From: Antedon mediterranea
Taxonomy: Eukaryota > Animalia > Echinodermata
Direction: 5' to 3'
DNA length: 64,000 nucleotides
Assembly (NCBI RefSeq): GCF_964355755.1
Contig: NC_092672.1
Coordinates: forward strand, 32,742,437 to 32,806,436
The notes beneath the pieces were generated by a model that worked only from the letters and a program-made list of their open reading frames with translations, was not told the DNA's origin and made no database searches. Both the position numbers and the translations under genes were made by a program. Of this stretch, positions 12,508 through 24,391 are shown in pieces; the first letter of the stretch is position 1, and each line of letters begins with the position of its first letter.

Positions 12508-13065
12508 TTATTTATTGTTGTTATATAAAGTTATGTTGGATGGTCCGGGATCTTCCATGTTGATCTCTGTAAATAGCAGTTTCTCTTTCGTCTGTGACGC
12601 CCTGAAGTTTGCTGTGCCACCAGCAAGCTGCAGGTTCATTTGCTTCTGCTGTCGACTTGAATCACATCGGCAAAGTTGGTCAATTAAAACAAGAAATAAA
12701 AACACGAACAAGATAAATGCTCCAACAATAATGGCGGCCAGTTTTGACTGGGAATACTTTGTAGTGAAATGTTGACAAGTTGGTACCGTACTGTTGTATG
12801 AAACGCAGACGGTATACTTTTCGCTAGCCCTAAGTTTTGTCGGCATGTATCGAAACACTTCCAGGCCTGAAATCACTTCTTCTGCAGTTGAAGCACTGGT
12901 TAATGTCAGGGTAGCATAATTGGTATCACTTTCTTCGGAAGCTTCCCATGAAATGAGAGCGCTGTGTACTTCGATGTTTGTAACTGTGATTTTATCAATT
13001 TGGATTGTGATGACGTCATCGAAGCAGGCGATCAGTAGGACGACCAAACACAATTTGAAGTTCAT
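12508..13065 (-). CDS. Single-FN3 type I membrane protein (~185 aa), paralog of 10119-10802
   Basis: Acceptor just before ATG; signal peptide; FN3 (SALISW..LRASEKYTVCV); TM AAIIVGAFILFVFLFLVLI; MEDPGP motif. Confidence 0.8.
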   Translation of the reverse strand: MNFKLCLVVLLIACFDDVITIQIDKITVTNIEVHSALISWEASEESDTNYATLTLTSASTAEEVISGLEVFRYMPTKLRASEKYTVCVSYNSTVPTCQHFTTKYSQSKLAAIIVGAFILFVFLFLVLIDQLCRCDSSRQQKQMNLQLAGGTANFRASQTKEKLLFTEINMEDPGPSNITLYNNNK

Positions 13066-14091
13066 TTCTACAAAGATAATGTTGTTAGACCGAATCAATA
13101 ATTATCATCTTCATTAAAAAAAAATGATATCTATCCAATTGAATACCGTAAAACAAAAGAAGCTCCCTTGCACTCGTCTATCATTATAAGATAGTTTTAA
13201 TCGTAACTTTGTTGAGGTCCGCGGCCAGTGAAAATTTACTAAAAGCACGAGAAAATCTTTTAAAATTAGCTATAAGGTGAAACGTATAGAAATATAACAG
13301 GAACATCTTCAGTGAAAACAGCCAGAAATGTGTATTGGCTTTATAGAAATAATGATTTTCCTCAATAATGAATGCAATTATATTGATAATATCGCTTACC
13401 GTAGTAAAAGTTGTTAGGATACCCTGCCTTCTGTCTTCTAACAGAACTTTAATTGTTCAGGGACTTGGTAACAAAGTTTTAACCAGTACAGAAATCCTCT
13501 TTAAATCTTACTCTCTTTCATCCCAGGATATTCAATCCCACATAAAAATTACTGCACATTGGAGGTCTACCTTTTTTCCTCAGTCGCAGTTGGGGTAAAG
13601 GCATGCAAGTCGGCGTGAATCGATAATAGTAATAGCCTCATTTTGGCAATGTTTGAACTGTTCTGCTTTGAATAAGAATAGCATTATCCTTGTATTGTCC
13701 TTCGCATTGTCTCCATAGAATAGCTCCGTTACTATAGGATTGGGTAACATCTATTGGAATATTCACAACGTCATGGTCATGTGATTGATCTGAGAATTGA
13801 TGATATGTGTAAAAAAAGTATTAATACCATCGAGGATGAGTTGTTTGTTTATCAATTCTTTACACTGACTTTGCGTTCGTTCTTGAACGTGAAGGCCTAT
13901 ATTAAAATGTACCCCTAAAGCTCTTTCTACACTATCAAACTAGTTTGACAACAAAATATGTGATGTGCCCAAATATGGTAATCATATGCCCAAATATGGT
14001 AGTGATAATGATACGATGTTGCACATCATTTGTCACATTGATAGTGTAGACAGAAGCTTGGTTGCACTACTGATTTGTTTAATACCTCAAG

Positions 14092-15652
14092 CAGTGGTGG
14101 CGCCAGGATTTCCCGGGGGGGCCGAATCCCCCCACGGGGGCCGTACGCGCGAAAGCGGGGGTGGGTTTGGGAGGGGGTATTCCCCCTCCCGAGCCTCAAA
14201 AAATTTTGAAAAAATAGATGCTTACACACTGTTTAATAGGCTAGAGCAACTGTTTCCATTACATTTAATAACAATGTCACATAATAATGTAAATTTAAAT
14301 AAATCTTTCCTAAATACTCTAATACGGATCTTTTTCGACGAACTAATAATAAACTTTGATCCGAAAATGCCTCGATAGTGCATGTGTTTAGTGTACGACT
14401 GTGCTTTGGTGGTCTGTTAACCTCAGATATATACCCTATAGCCGGGTGAATAACTCAATGTAATTTAGTACCGTATACAATGATGATTGCCGTAATCGCC
14501 GTGTCTATAACACAAATCAATAAAATGCCGTTTTTTCGGCCGTGTACATAGAACAAGACATTTCATGTTTATGTTATACCTATGAAATAATAATAAAAGA
14601 ACATCATGTTTATCGTTTTTTTTTATCGTTTATACTGTATACCATTATATAAAAAACCTTCATACGCGAGAAAAAAGTTCACGATATTACACTCTACTCT
14701 GTACAGGGGTGTAAATATACAGGTCCACGCTAACGCTTGCACACGGACCAGGGCGGAAAATGGTGTATTTTTTGGAGAGTGATGACGTCAGCATTCACAC
14801 GAGGAGCGAGCTAAGAAAACGTGATGCTGGTAGTGGGATCAGTGCATGTGTTTTGAAAATAACTCAGTTGTGGGTATTTTCCGAAGATTTTAAATTGCGT
14901 TTTCTTTTTAGACTCTTGAATTCATAAATAGTTATTTCACTATGTAGGCCTATTTACACAACTATAGCTCTAGCCTACTCTTCTTAAAAAGAGTCAAGTG
15001 CGTCGAATCCGCGTCTAGCGACGGTCATGGGTTTGGTGCATCTTTTTTTTCCCTTTAGAATTAAGGGAGGTGGCTAGCCACCCTATTCACCCACCTACCC
15101 TAGATCGAGATTTATGCGCGAAAAGAAACGTGACCAGACCCTGTTTTATGGTTCGGGCCAACCAACCGACAGCGGACATATACGCGGTACACCAAGGGTT
15201 ATTGGTAAATTGAAACAATTCGTAAACTGAACCGTGAGAACATAACTCGTACCTTTATCCCTGTATGAACGTACGTCGATGCGTAGTTGCAAATGAATTT
15301 TCGATTTTCGCCTGGAATCTGAAAAATACACATTTTGGTCCCTGGATGTATGTCGACGCGTATACCGCAGTGAGCCATGAAAGATTCGTACAAAGAGACA
15401 CCGCCAGACAAATGCGTACCACATCATACCGTTTACTTCGCTGTCAGAGTATATCGTACGTACGTCAAAAATGGAATGCCGCAGTTACTTAAAATATATA
15501 GTAGTACACTTAATATGGTTTTATTTTTTACCAGAAAAGAAATGATCATATTTTTCTCCCCGACAAATATGACCAATACTCCCCGACGGGGGGGCCAGCT
15601 TTCCCCGACGGGGGGCCCTGGCCCCCCCGGCCCCCCGCTGGCGCCACCACTG
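14092..15652. mobile_element. Non-autonomous hAT element
   Basis: TIR CAGTGGTGGCGCCAG; 8-bp TSD ACCTCAAG at 14084-14091 and 15653-15660. Confidence 0.9.
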
Positions 15653-15828
15653 ACCTCAAGCATGGCATTTCGATGATTGTTGCGTTCTATGAAGTTTAGC
15701 CCATAAATATGCAGTATCTAACATAACAGGGAATTGAACCTCGGCCATTATGGTTCTTTGGTCTGGAGATACTGCAGTCACTCTGTACACTGAATGAATT
15801 GAAGTACAGTAGTGAGATTGAAATAGAA

Positions 15829-16016
15829 TAGCGCCCTCTCTGGTTAAAAAATGACACGCGCGCGCCCGGCCGGTTGTTATTTAGTATCTTAGCAACCAAC
15901 CAGGCAAATATAAATAACATCACATCGTATTTTTTTTTAGCAACAATTTTAGTGGTGGAAACGACTTCAGAAAGGAAATTTATAGTTTGAAGTAGAATAA
16001 ATAAAACAATTACAAG
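15829..16016 (+). promoter_or_regulatory. Putative ODAD1 promoter and non-coding first exon
   Basis: CpG patch; X-box-like GTATCTTAGCAAC at 15884-15896; forkhead-like ATAAATA; donor AAG|GTAT at 16016. Confidence 0.4.
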
Positions 16017-16466
16017 GTATTAAACGTTATTTTAAATCTTTATAAATTGTTACACCATGTTTAGACCATCGTTTTTGTAAGGCTAGGATAGGAATATGCC
16101 ATTAGTAGGGCTAGCTAGGCCAGAATAGATATAGGCCTAGGCCTAGCTAAGCCTAGCTAGGCCTAGCCTACCTAGGCCCTAGGCCTAGGCTATTTAACAG
16201 GCCAACAGCGCATCCGCTCACTGGACTGCTGGTAGCAGTTAAGTGATTGAACGAGGCCTAGGTACGGTAGGCTTTTAGGTGCTAGGCTAAACAAACCAAT
16301 CCAATATGGCAATTAATGATTGATTAATACTCCTAAATGGTCTACCTAGGCCTAGGCCTAGAGGCCCTAGTCCTACGCTAATAGTGTCCAATCCAATTGA
16401 TTGATTGAAGAAGTTTGTTAAAAAAAAAATAAAGTTCATAAAATTGAAAAACAAAAATGCGCCTGC

Positions 16467-17423
16467 CGGTCAGTCTAATTACCAAAAACAACCGAAAATA
16501 ACCGAAAACAACCGAAAACAACCATAAACAACAAACAACAACCGAAAACAAAATAAAATAATCTAAATACCGAAAACAAATTTAGTATAACATTTTTTTT
16601 AATGTCGCCTTCTATTGATGGGTGTTTCTATAGACCATAACAGAGAGAAAACCGCATGCGGAAAAGCCAAGGAAGACCCTACGAAACGGTAGTGTGCACA
16701 AAATACAACTAAAAATCGTACAATCAATCAATGATAACATCGCATTTACTTACAGAATCTATACAAATATATTAATTTTAGTCTTTCGATTTTTGATCCA
16801 GAAACGAACACATTTACTCCTCACAATAATATAATTGTGAATCACGTTAATCCATAGTATAGAAAGTAAATTGACTATGGTTAATCATGATCAATTTAAT
16901 TATAGATATATAGATTTTCAAAGATAATAATACAAAAATGATATTTTTAAGAATATTGATAATATTAGCGACTATAAGTATACTTAAAACCAGCTCACGA
17001 TAAAGGATTCACAATAAAATCTATTCAGTAAAATTACCGTAGTCGATTAAATAACGTTTTTATCCTTAATCACTTCAGTATTAACTTGTGATGAAAACCG
17101 GGGACGAAAACGCAAAGTTAGGTAAAATGTAGTCTCGGCGTGTATTTTATTTTATTGAAGTACGATTTTGAGTTGTATTTTAATTGTGCACACTACCATT
17201 TCGTAGGGTCTTCCTTGGCTTTTGCGCGCACGGTTTTCTCTCTGTATGGTCTTAGCTTTAGAAACACCCATCAATAGAGGGCGACATTAACAAAAATATT
17301 ATACAAATTTGTTTTCGGTATTTAGATTTTTTTATTTTGTTTTCGGTTTGTTTTCGGTTTGTTTTCAGTTGTTTGTGGTTGTTTTCGGTTATTTTCGGTT
17401 GTTTTCGGTAATTAGACTGACCC
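16467..17423. mobile_element. MITE with ~250-bp TIRs
   Basis: TIR GGTCAGTCTAATTACC.. with AACCGAAAA repeats; 8-bp TSD GCGCCTGC. Confidence 0.85.
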
Positions 17424-17711
17424 GCGCCTGCTGGCCATGATCGGGACATTGCATGGTCATCATGAATGCCATGAAATGCACGAATGGCCCTCTGCTGCAG
17501 TCTAGTGAGTAGGCCCTAGACAAGCTAGGCCTAGTTTTACTCTATTAATTTAAATTAGGCACAGAGTAAATACCTAATAGCTAAGCCTAGACCTAGTTAG
17601 TTGCTTATTAAAAAAGTTTGTTTATTGGTAATGGTATGTTAATAATAAATAAGCCTCTATTTGGTGCCTACTCAACTGTTCTTTTGATTGCTTATTTTAC
17701 TTATATTTTAG

Positions 17712-20700
17712 ATGCCTCGTGGAGCACCAAGGTCAGCAAGCCGTCGATCAGATGCGAGTGACATTGATGCTGATCAACAACTTGGTAATAATAATAATGT
17801 ATTTATATTTAAAAAAAAATTATTATAAAAAGGTTACACTTGTGAGATCATTATTGATTTTTTTTTCTCCCTTTCCTGAGATAACATAGGTCTTGTCATT
17901 GACATTATACTTTTTGACTTTTAACTGAAGAGATCGACCATCAACTTATATCAGTGATCACATGTTTTTTATCAAACAGTCTGAAAAGTGTTGTAATTTT
18001 GTCCACAGCTGAAAATGAATTGGGGAAACTGCAAAGACAGTATAGGATAATGGAAGGGGACAGAAATGCCTACAGCATTGAGTCACAAGACCTCATACGC
18101 AAACAACTGTAAGTGTATTGTTCATATATTATTATAACTCCACTCCCTAAGACTTAAATGAGACTTAGTTTATACTATCACGTAAAAATAATAAAATAAT
18201 TGGCGAGTTTTTGCTCGCTGTTGGATGCATATGAAATTTTTTTAAATTACATTTTTCAGATCGGAGATCAAGACACTGGAAGCAGAAAAGGGAGAGTTGA
18301 TGAAAGATTTACACCTCTCTGAAAGTAACACAAATATATCACGTGATGACAGCAACATTGGCAGGTTGCAGGTACTGCTAGAGGAAAGAGGTAAATACAA
18401 GCTTAACACGTTCACTAACTGGGACCGTAGTATACTCATCCCACAGGCTGTTTCACACATGTATTCAAAGCTCGGTCTACACTATCGAACTAGTTTGTCA
18501 AAAAAAGTGTTATATATACCAAATATGGTAGTGATGCCCAAATATGTTAGTGATATGACATCATCATGTCCATATATGGGCATATAACTTTTTTTTGTCA
18601 AACTAGTTTGATAGAGTAGACAGAGCTCTGTCGAACCCAGAGAGTCTTAAAATCCTCAGATTATAGGAACCCTGGCAATACAGCTAATGTGGTTCGATAG
18701 TGTACTGTAGACAGAGCTAAAGAGTTTTGAAGTGGTATGGTGAACTTTAAAGGATCTATAGTAACAAACATTGGTAACAATTTTTGTCACATAAAGTTTG
18801 ATAGTGTAGACAGAGCTTAAGGATGAATGATTTATCAATATTTTGAATTACAGTATAATCATGATGGTTTTATATGCATTTCAATGCTCGGAGTATGTTT
18901 TATATTTTATATATTTTTTTTTTGCAGATGAATATCGCAGAATGATAAATGAAGAGAAAAAACGACAAAAGGAACTTGAAGGGATGACGAGAGAAAAGGA
19001 ACGAGAGATACATAATCAACACAAGAGAATGGGTGGGGTACATGCGAGTCAACAGCACACTACTAAGACACAGAAGGCCATTAGGGTGAAGGAGAACCGA
19101 CTGCACCAAGTAAGTACTGTATTTATTTAAATAAAGACCCCAGTGTGTTTATTCAAAGTGGGGAGTTTATTTCCTTGAATAAACGCCCTGCCACAATGTT
19201 TTGGATGAATCCATTATTGTTATTCATATTTATTACTGCTTTGCAGGCCAATGAAAAGTTCAATAGTATGCTTACGGAAAACGCTGAATTCCGAGACAAG
19301 ATTGACAGTCTTCGCGTTGAAAGAACACGTTTTGAGAACATACGCAAGAAACTTGAAAAGGTAAGTGAATCAACGTATACGTGTCGGCAATATATTAGTA
19401 AGAGCAGAAATTTATCAATATAATGTTAATGAAAAATATCGACATAGTGTAAGATCATCACAAGTGGAGAACATACAGTAATTATGAATACTTTTATATA
19501 TGTATAATATACAGTACTGTACGTTATCCTACAATTTTACCATGAACTTGGTAGTTGGAACATTTACTTCATCTTAGTTTATTTCACATAACATATTATA
19601 TATACATTTGTAATGATAAATAATAATACATTTTATTGTGTGTGGAGATTTCATTTCAATAAGCCATAATGGCTTTAAGTCTGAACCTCCAGATAAAACA
19701 AGCAATAAATATGATGAGCTAATAAATATGAAATGAACAGAAAAAAAACCAAATAAATAAGTTCTACTATATATATATATATAAACTATAATGCATAAAA
19801 CTATGAATTAATAATTGTTTATATTTATGAATTAATAATTGTTTATATTTAAAATAAAAGTTCCATAAATAAGGTCTATAATAAATAAAAGATGTCCTGC
19901 AAGGTGAAATACAATATTTTTCATAAATGAGATACTCTATTTGTAAAGGTATTTTCTAAACCTGCTCTAAGTTGTCTTTAAAAGTTTCTGTAGCAATTGT
20001 TTAATTGAATTTCATTTATTCTTCTTATAAAGGAAAGTGCTGACCTCCGTCAGCAAATTGGAGAGGTCATTGACCAATCCACTCAAGCATACGACTCGCG
20101 AGACGAAGCCCAGGCAAAGATCATTCTGTTGAAAGAAAAAGCCGATAAGGATTGTGCGCAACACAAGGCGGAGATGAAAGAACTGCAACGCATCATCGAT
20201 CATGACCGCCAACTGAAAGAATTTATGATGATAAAGAGTAGAGAGAGGGGTGAGGAAGATGAACAGCTGATTGCATTGAGACAGAAACGAGGTACAGTCT
20301 GACAACAAAAGTGTGATGTGCCCAAATGGTAGTGATATCCACAAATATGGTAGTGATATGACATCATCATGTCCATATATGGACACATCACATTTTTTTG
20401 TCTTATAAAGTTTGATAGTGTAAACAGAGCTTCAAAAATATATTATTAGCGATACCAATGTTACTTATAGATCTTTAAAGTTAACCTTACCACTTAAAAA
20501 TCCTTAAGCTCTGTCTACACTATCAACCTTTATGTGACAAAAAAATACAAACAAATAATATGCGATTTCTATTTAATGTTTAAAAAAATAAATGATTGAG
20601 TCATACTCTTTGATGTCGTACTGCAGTAATGGTTACTGATTTTAATGATTGAGTCATACTCTTTGATGTCGTACTGCAGTAATGGTTACTGATTTTGTAA

Positions 20701-23139
20701 ATTGTATTGTACAGTTGATATTGAATTAGCATCAATAAATGACTTTGGTACGGTAGACAAGAGTAAAAAAAAAATCAAATAATGGTAGTCTTTAGCGCCT
20801 AATACAATGTTTCTAAGCACTTTACACACAAAAATGATCCTTAAAATATCCTAATATAACCAAAAAAGAAAGAAAAGCAGAGGAACCATTTTGATGACCT
20901 GTCATATTTGATAATTTCAGAGGCTGAGGAAGACGAAAGGCGTCGACGAGAACGCCAAGAAGATTCTATCGAAGCCTATGAAGATGCTTTTAAGAAGATT
21001 TCAGAAATCACAGGAGAGGATGATCTAAACAAGTTGGTTAACAAGTTTATCGAAGTTGAAGATCGAAACTTTGCTCTTTTCAATTATCTGAACGAACAGA
21101 ATAATGAAGTTGAGAAACTACAAGATCAAATTGCGGAGGTTCGTACATTTAATTAGTATTATTATCTATTGTTAATGATTTCTTTATTTGATGTTCCTCT
21201 TTCACGGCCAGCTCCTGTCTTAAAACCTTTGCCCTAAGGTTACTTTATGAGAGGAGTTTGTTCTTAAAGCTCTGTCTACACTATCAAACTAGTTTGACAA
21301 AAAAAGTGTGATGTGCCCAAATATGGTAGTGATATGCTTAAATATGGTATTGATATGACATCACATCATCATGTCCATATTTGGACACATCACATAATGT
21401 TTGATAGTGTAGACAGAGCTTTAAACTGTTCTTGACTGCAAAAACAGAAAGCTAATGTATTTTATGTGAAAACAATTTCATGTGGTTTCTGTGTACGTAG
21501 TAATTTTATTCATAGTTTTTTTATTGTAATGTAATTATTTCAAATTCAAATTATCTAACAGATTAAAGATGAAATTAAAATGTTTGAGAGCCAAGGTGCA
21601 GAGATGGAGACACAACGCAAAACTATCTTAAAGAGTTTGGAAGAAAAACAAACAAATTCTGCAAAGGACGCTGATGATTTTGATTCCAAGACCAAGGGTG
21701 TAAATAAGATTTTGGATCAACTCAAAGCAGGTTTGTTATTAAATTATTTTTTTAATTTGTTATTCTCAATTTTTTTTTTTTTGCCAACCAAGTGATTTCA
21801 ATCTCTATTCTTTTCAAAGATGACAACCCTGTTCAAATATGTACACAAGATACTCTGCATAAACAGTAAAAAGTCTTATTACAAATCTTTGGGAGTCGAG
21901 TCTTGTCATGAGAAAAAAATCTTGACATCTGACAAGATTTGAACCTAAGACCCTTCGATTTGTAGGCCGACAAATTAACCACCAATCCACAAGTTCACTT
22001 AATACATATATTTATGTGTTTTTTTACTGTTTATAAATTTGTATCCATGTTATGATAGAGTATTGTATTATTTCAAAAAATTAAATATTATTTTTGTAGG
22101 TGTTGAATCTCTGTTCACTAAAATTAACTGTGATCGTTCTTCGATTGATGATATGCTTGGAAACACTGCTGGTGTTTCAGATGAAACCATAGTGCAGTAC
22201 TTGGGATTGGTTGAACAGAGAACCAATGAGCTTCTTGCGGTTAACATCTATGTGGATAATAGAGTAAGTGGAGATCATACAGCAACATATGATACAACAG
22301 GGCTAGAGGGTCCAAGGGAAATTCCTTGGGAAATCCCACAGTGTCCATAGTAATCCTGAGTATCCTGGAGACTTTAGGGTAACCTACAGAGTCCAAGGGA
22401 AATTCCTTGGCAAATCCCACAGTGTCTATAGTATCAATCCTGAGTATCCTGGAGTACTTTAGGGTAACCTACAGAGTCCAAGGGAAATCCCAGAAATTCT
22501 TTGGGAAATCCCACAGTGTCTATAGTATCAATCCTGAGTATCCCGGAGACTTTAGGGTAATCTATAGAGTCTAAGGGAAATCCCAAAAATTATTTTCGAA
22601 ATCCTACAGTGTCCATAGTAATCCTGAGTATCCTGGAAACTTTAGGGCAATCTAGAGGGTCCAGGGGGAATCAAGGAGAGTGTAGGCGAAATCTTGGATA
22701 TTTTGCGGAAATTACAGGAGAACCATGTGAAATCCTGAATGCCTAAATGTGAACATATACAATATTTTTATCGAACTGTTATTATCATTTCATGTCTTGA
22801 TATCAATTCTAACAATGTTATTTTTCTTAGAACTTGGATCATGAACCTCAACCAAAAGGTGGTTTACTTGGTAAAGGACCGGTACCAGCACCACAGCAGT
22901 TACTTATCATGGCACCGACTACTGGTGAAGATTACGACAGTGACCAAGGCTCTGAGCTAAGTGAAGATGAAAGCCGACCTTTGACACAGATGGAGTTAAA
23001 ACAACGGATCATGAAAGGAGTTTTGAAGAAGGAGGCGGCAGCCGCTAGGAAAGGGTTCCAGTACGACTTATCGGGCGCGAAAGAAATGAAACAGAAGCAA
23101 TCTATGCCCGAAAAGAAGCGTGGTTCAACAAAACGCTGA
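17712..23139 (+). CDS. ODAD1: Outer dynein arm docking complex subunit ODAD1 (CCDC114)/CCDC63, ~572 aa; exons 17712-17784, 18009-18108, 18260-18390, 18928-19109, 19247-19360, 20033-20291, 20921-21138, 21562-21730, 22100-22263, 22831-23139
   Basis: LQRQYRIMEGDR, FIEVEDRNFALFNYLNEQNNE, YLGLVEQRTNELL motifs; GT-AG exons join in frame. Confidence 0.88.
21815..21990 (-). mobile_element. Degenerate tRNA-derived SINE fragment
   Basis: Minus-strand A-box-like TGGTGGTTAA and B-box GGTTCAAATC at tRNA-like spacing, no cloverleaf. Confidence 0.45.
22305..22665. repeat. ~85-95-bp intronic tandem repeat, ~4 copies
   Basis: GTCCAAGGGAAAT..AAATCCCACAGTGTC..ATCCTGAGTATCC..CTTTAGGGTAA. Confidence 0.85.
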
Positions 23140-24391
23140 ATACTTCTTAATGAAATGTAGTGTATAAATAAGTCACATATCCCTTTATTTAAAGTTTACA
23201 AAGAACCCTGGCTAGGCCTTGGTTCATGAATATACAGGCTGTAGTAAATACTAAACTGTAACCATATTTTGATCCATGGTTAGATTATTATTGTTGTCTC
23301 ATGTATTCATTTTAATGTGGTGTATGCACTTGTCAATTGTATGACCCCCGGGAAAGATGCATCATGGTTGCGTCATTTACAAATAATTCCTGACGCAGGG
23401 GTGCGTCACATCAATGAACGATGGTGTGTCAATGTCCGTCACTTTACCACTCAAAATATCATAAACAACATGGTCACAGTGCGTCAAACAGGTTGTATAA
23501 TGGGTCATACAAATGACAAGTGCATTATAACCAGGTTGCAAAATAACATTAAGCCTTAAGCTCTGTCTACACTATAAAACTAATTTGACAAAAAAATTAT
23601 AAAAATATAATAATGGTAGTGATATGACATCACATTGTTTGTCACATGAAGTTTGATAGTGTGGATAGATCTTTATGAAAAGTATGTATATAATGAAACA
23701 AAATGTTACCTTTTGCACAATATTTTTTTAAAGTATGAACAGAATCAATTACAAATATTGAAATGGGTTTTTTATTTGATTGACCGTATTCAAAAAGGGT
23801 AAAGTTTGTTTCACACTAAGCCTGGACTCCGGTGTAGTGTTTAACCATGTTTGATTCATGTCATGACCCATTCCGCCAGCATACCAAATCCAGACACAGA
23901 GTGACTGTAGCTTAAAGCCTATGTATTGTAATTATTTTGTTAAAAGGAAATCAGATCAAATTAAAGTATTTAATATTTTTCCCCTTTTTTTTGTATAGCA
24001 ATATAGCAAATAAGATATATTTTAATGTGTTTGCTTAGAACATATTTGTGCTTTTCATAAAAACTGTCTCCCAAAACCAGAGTTTTCTTGATGTTCAAAG
24101 AGTCATTACCATTAAAACACATACAGAATACTGTATCTGTCCGGTATTGGAAACGTTGACTGATGGTATACTACAACTTTAGGAAATCCTCCAAATATTA
24201 TCCCATACCCTTGTATCATTGTTTATCCAAGATTGTTGAATATGTATGAGATAAATAAAAATTATTTTCTAAAATATCAATTTTGGGGAAAATAGATTTC
24301 TGACATCCAATATGTTTGACATATAAGGTCACAGGAAATTGACTTTTGACCTTTCACTAACATAAACTTCATAATTACAAAAGGTCAACTT

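Noticed and set aside
13965-15676. Short ORFs inside the hAT and adjacent MITE
   Set aside because: No transposase motifs; they arise from GC-rich termini
21925-21990. tRNA gene
   Set aside because: Only A/B-box remnants with no acceptor stem; better explained as a SINE
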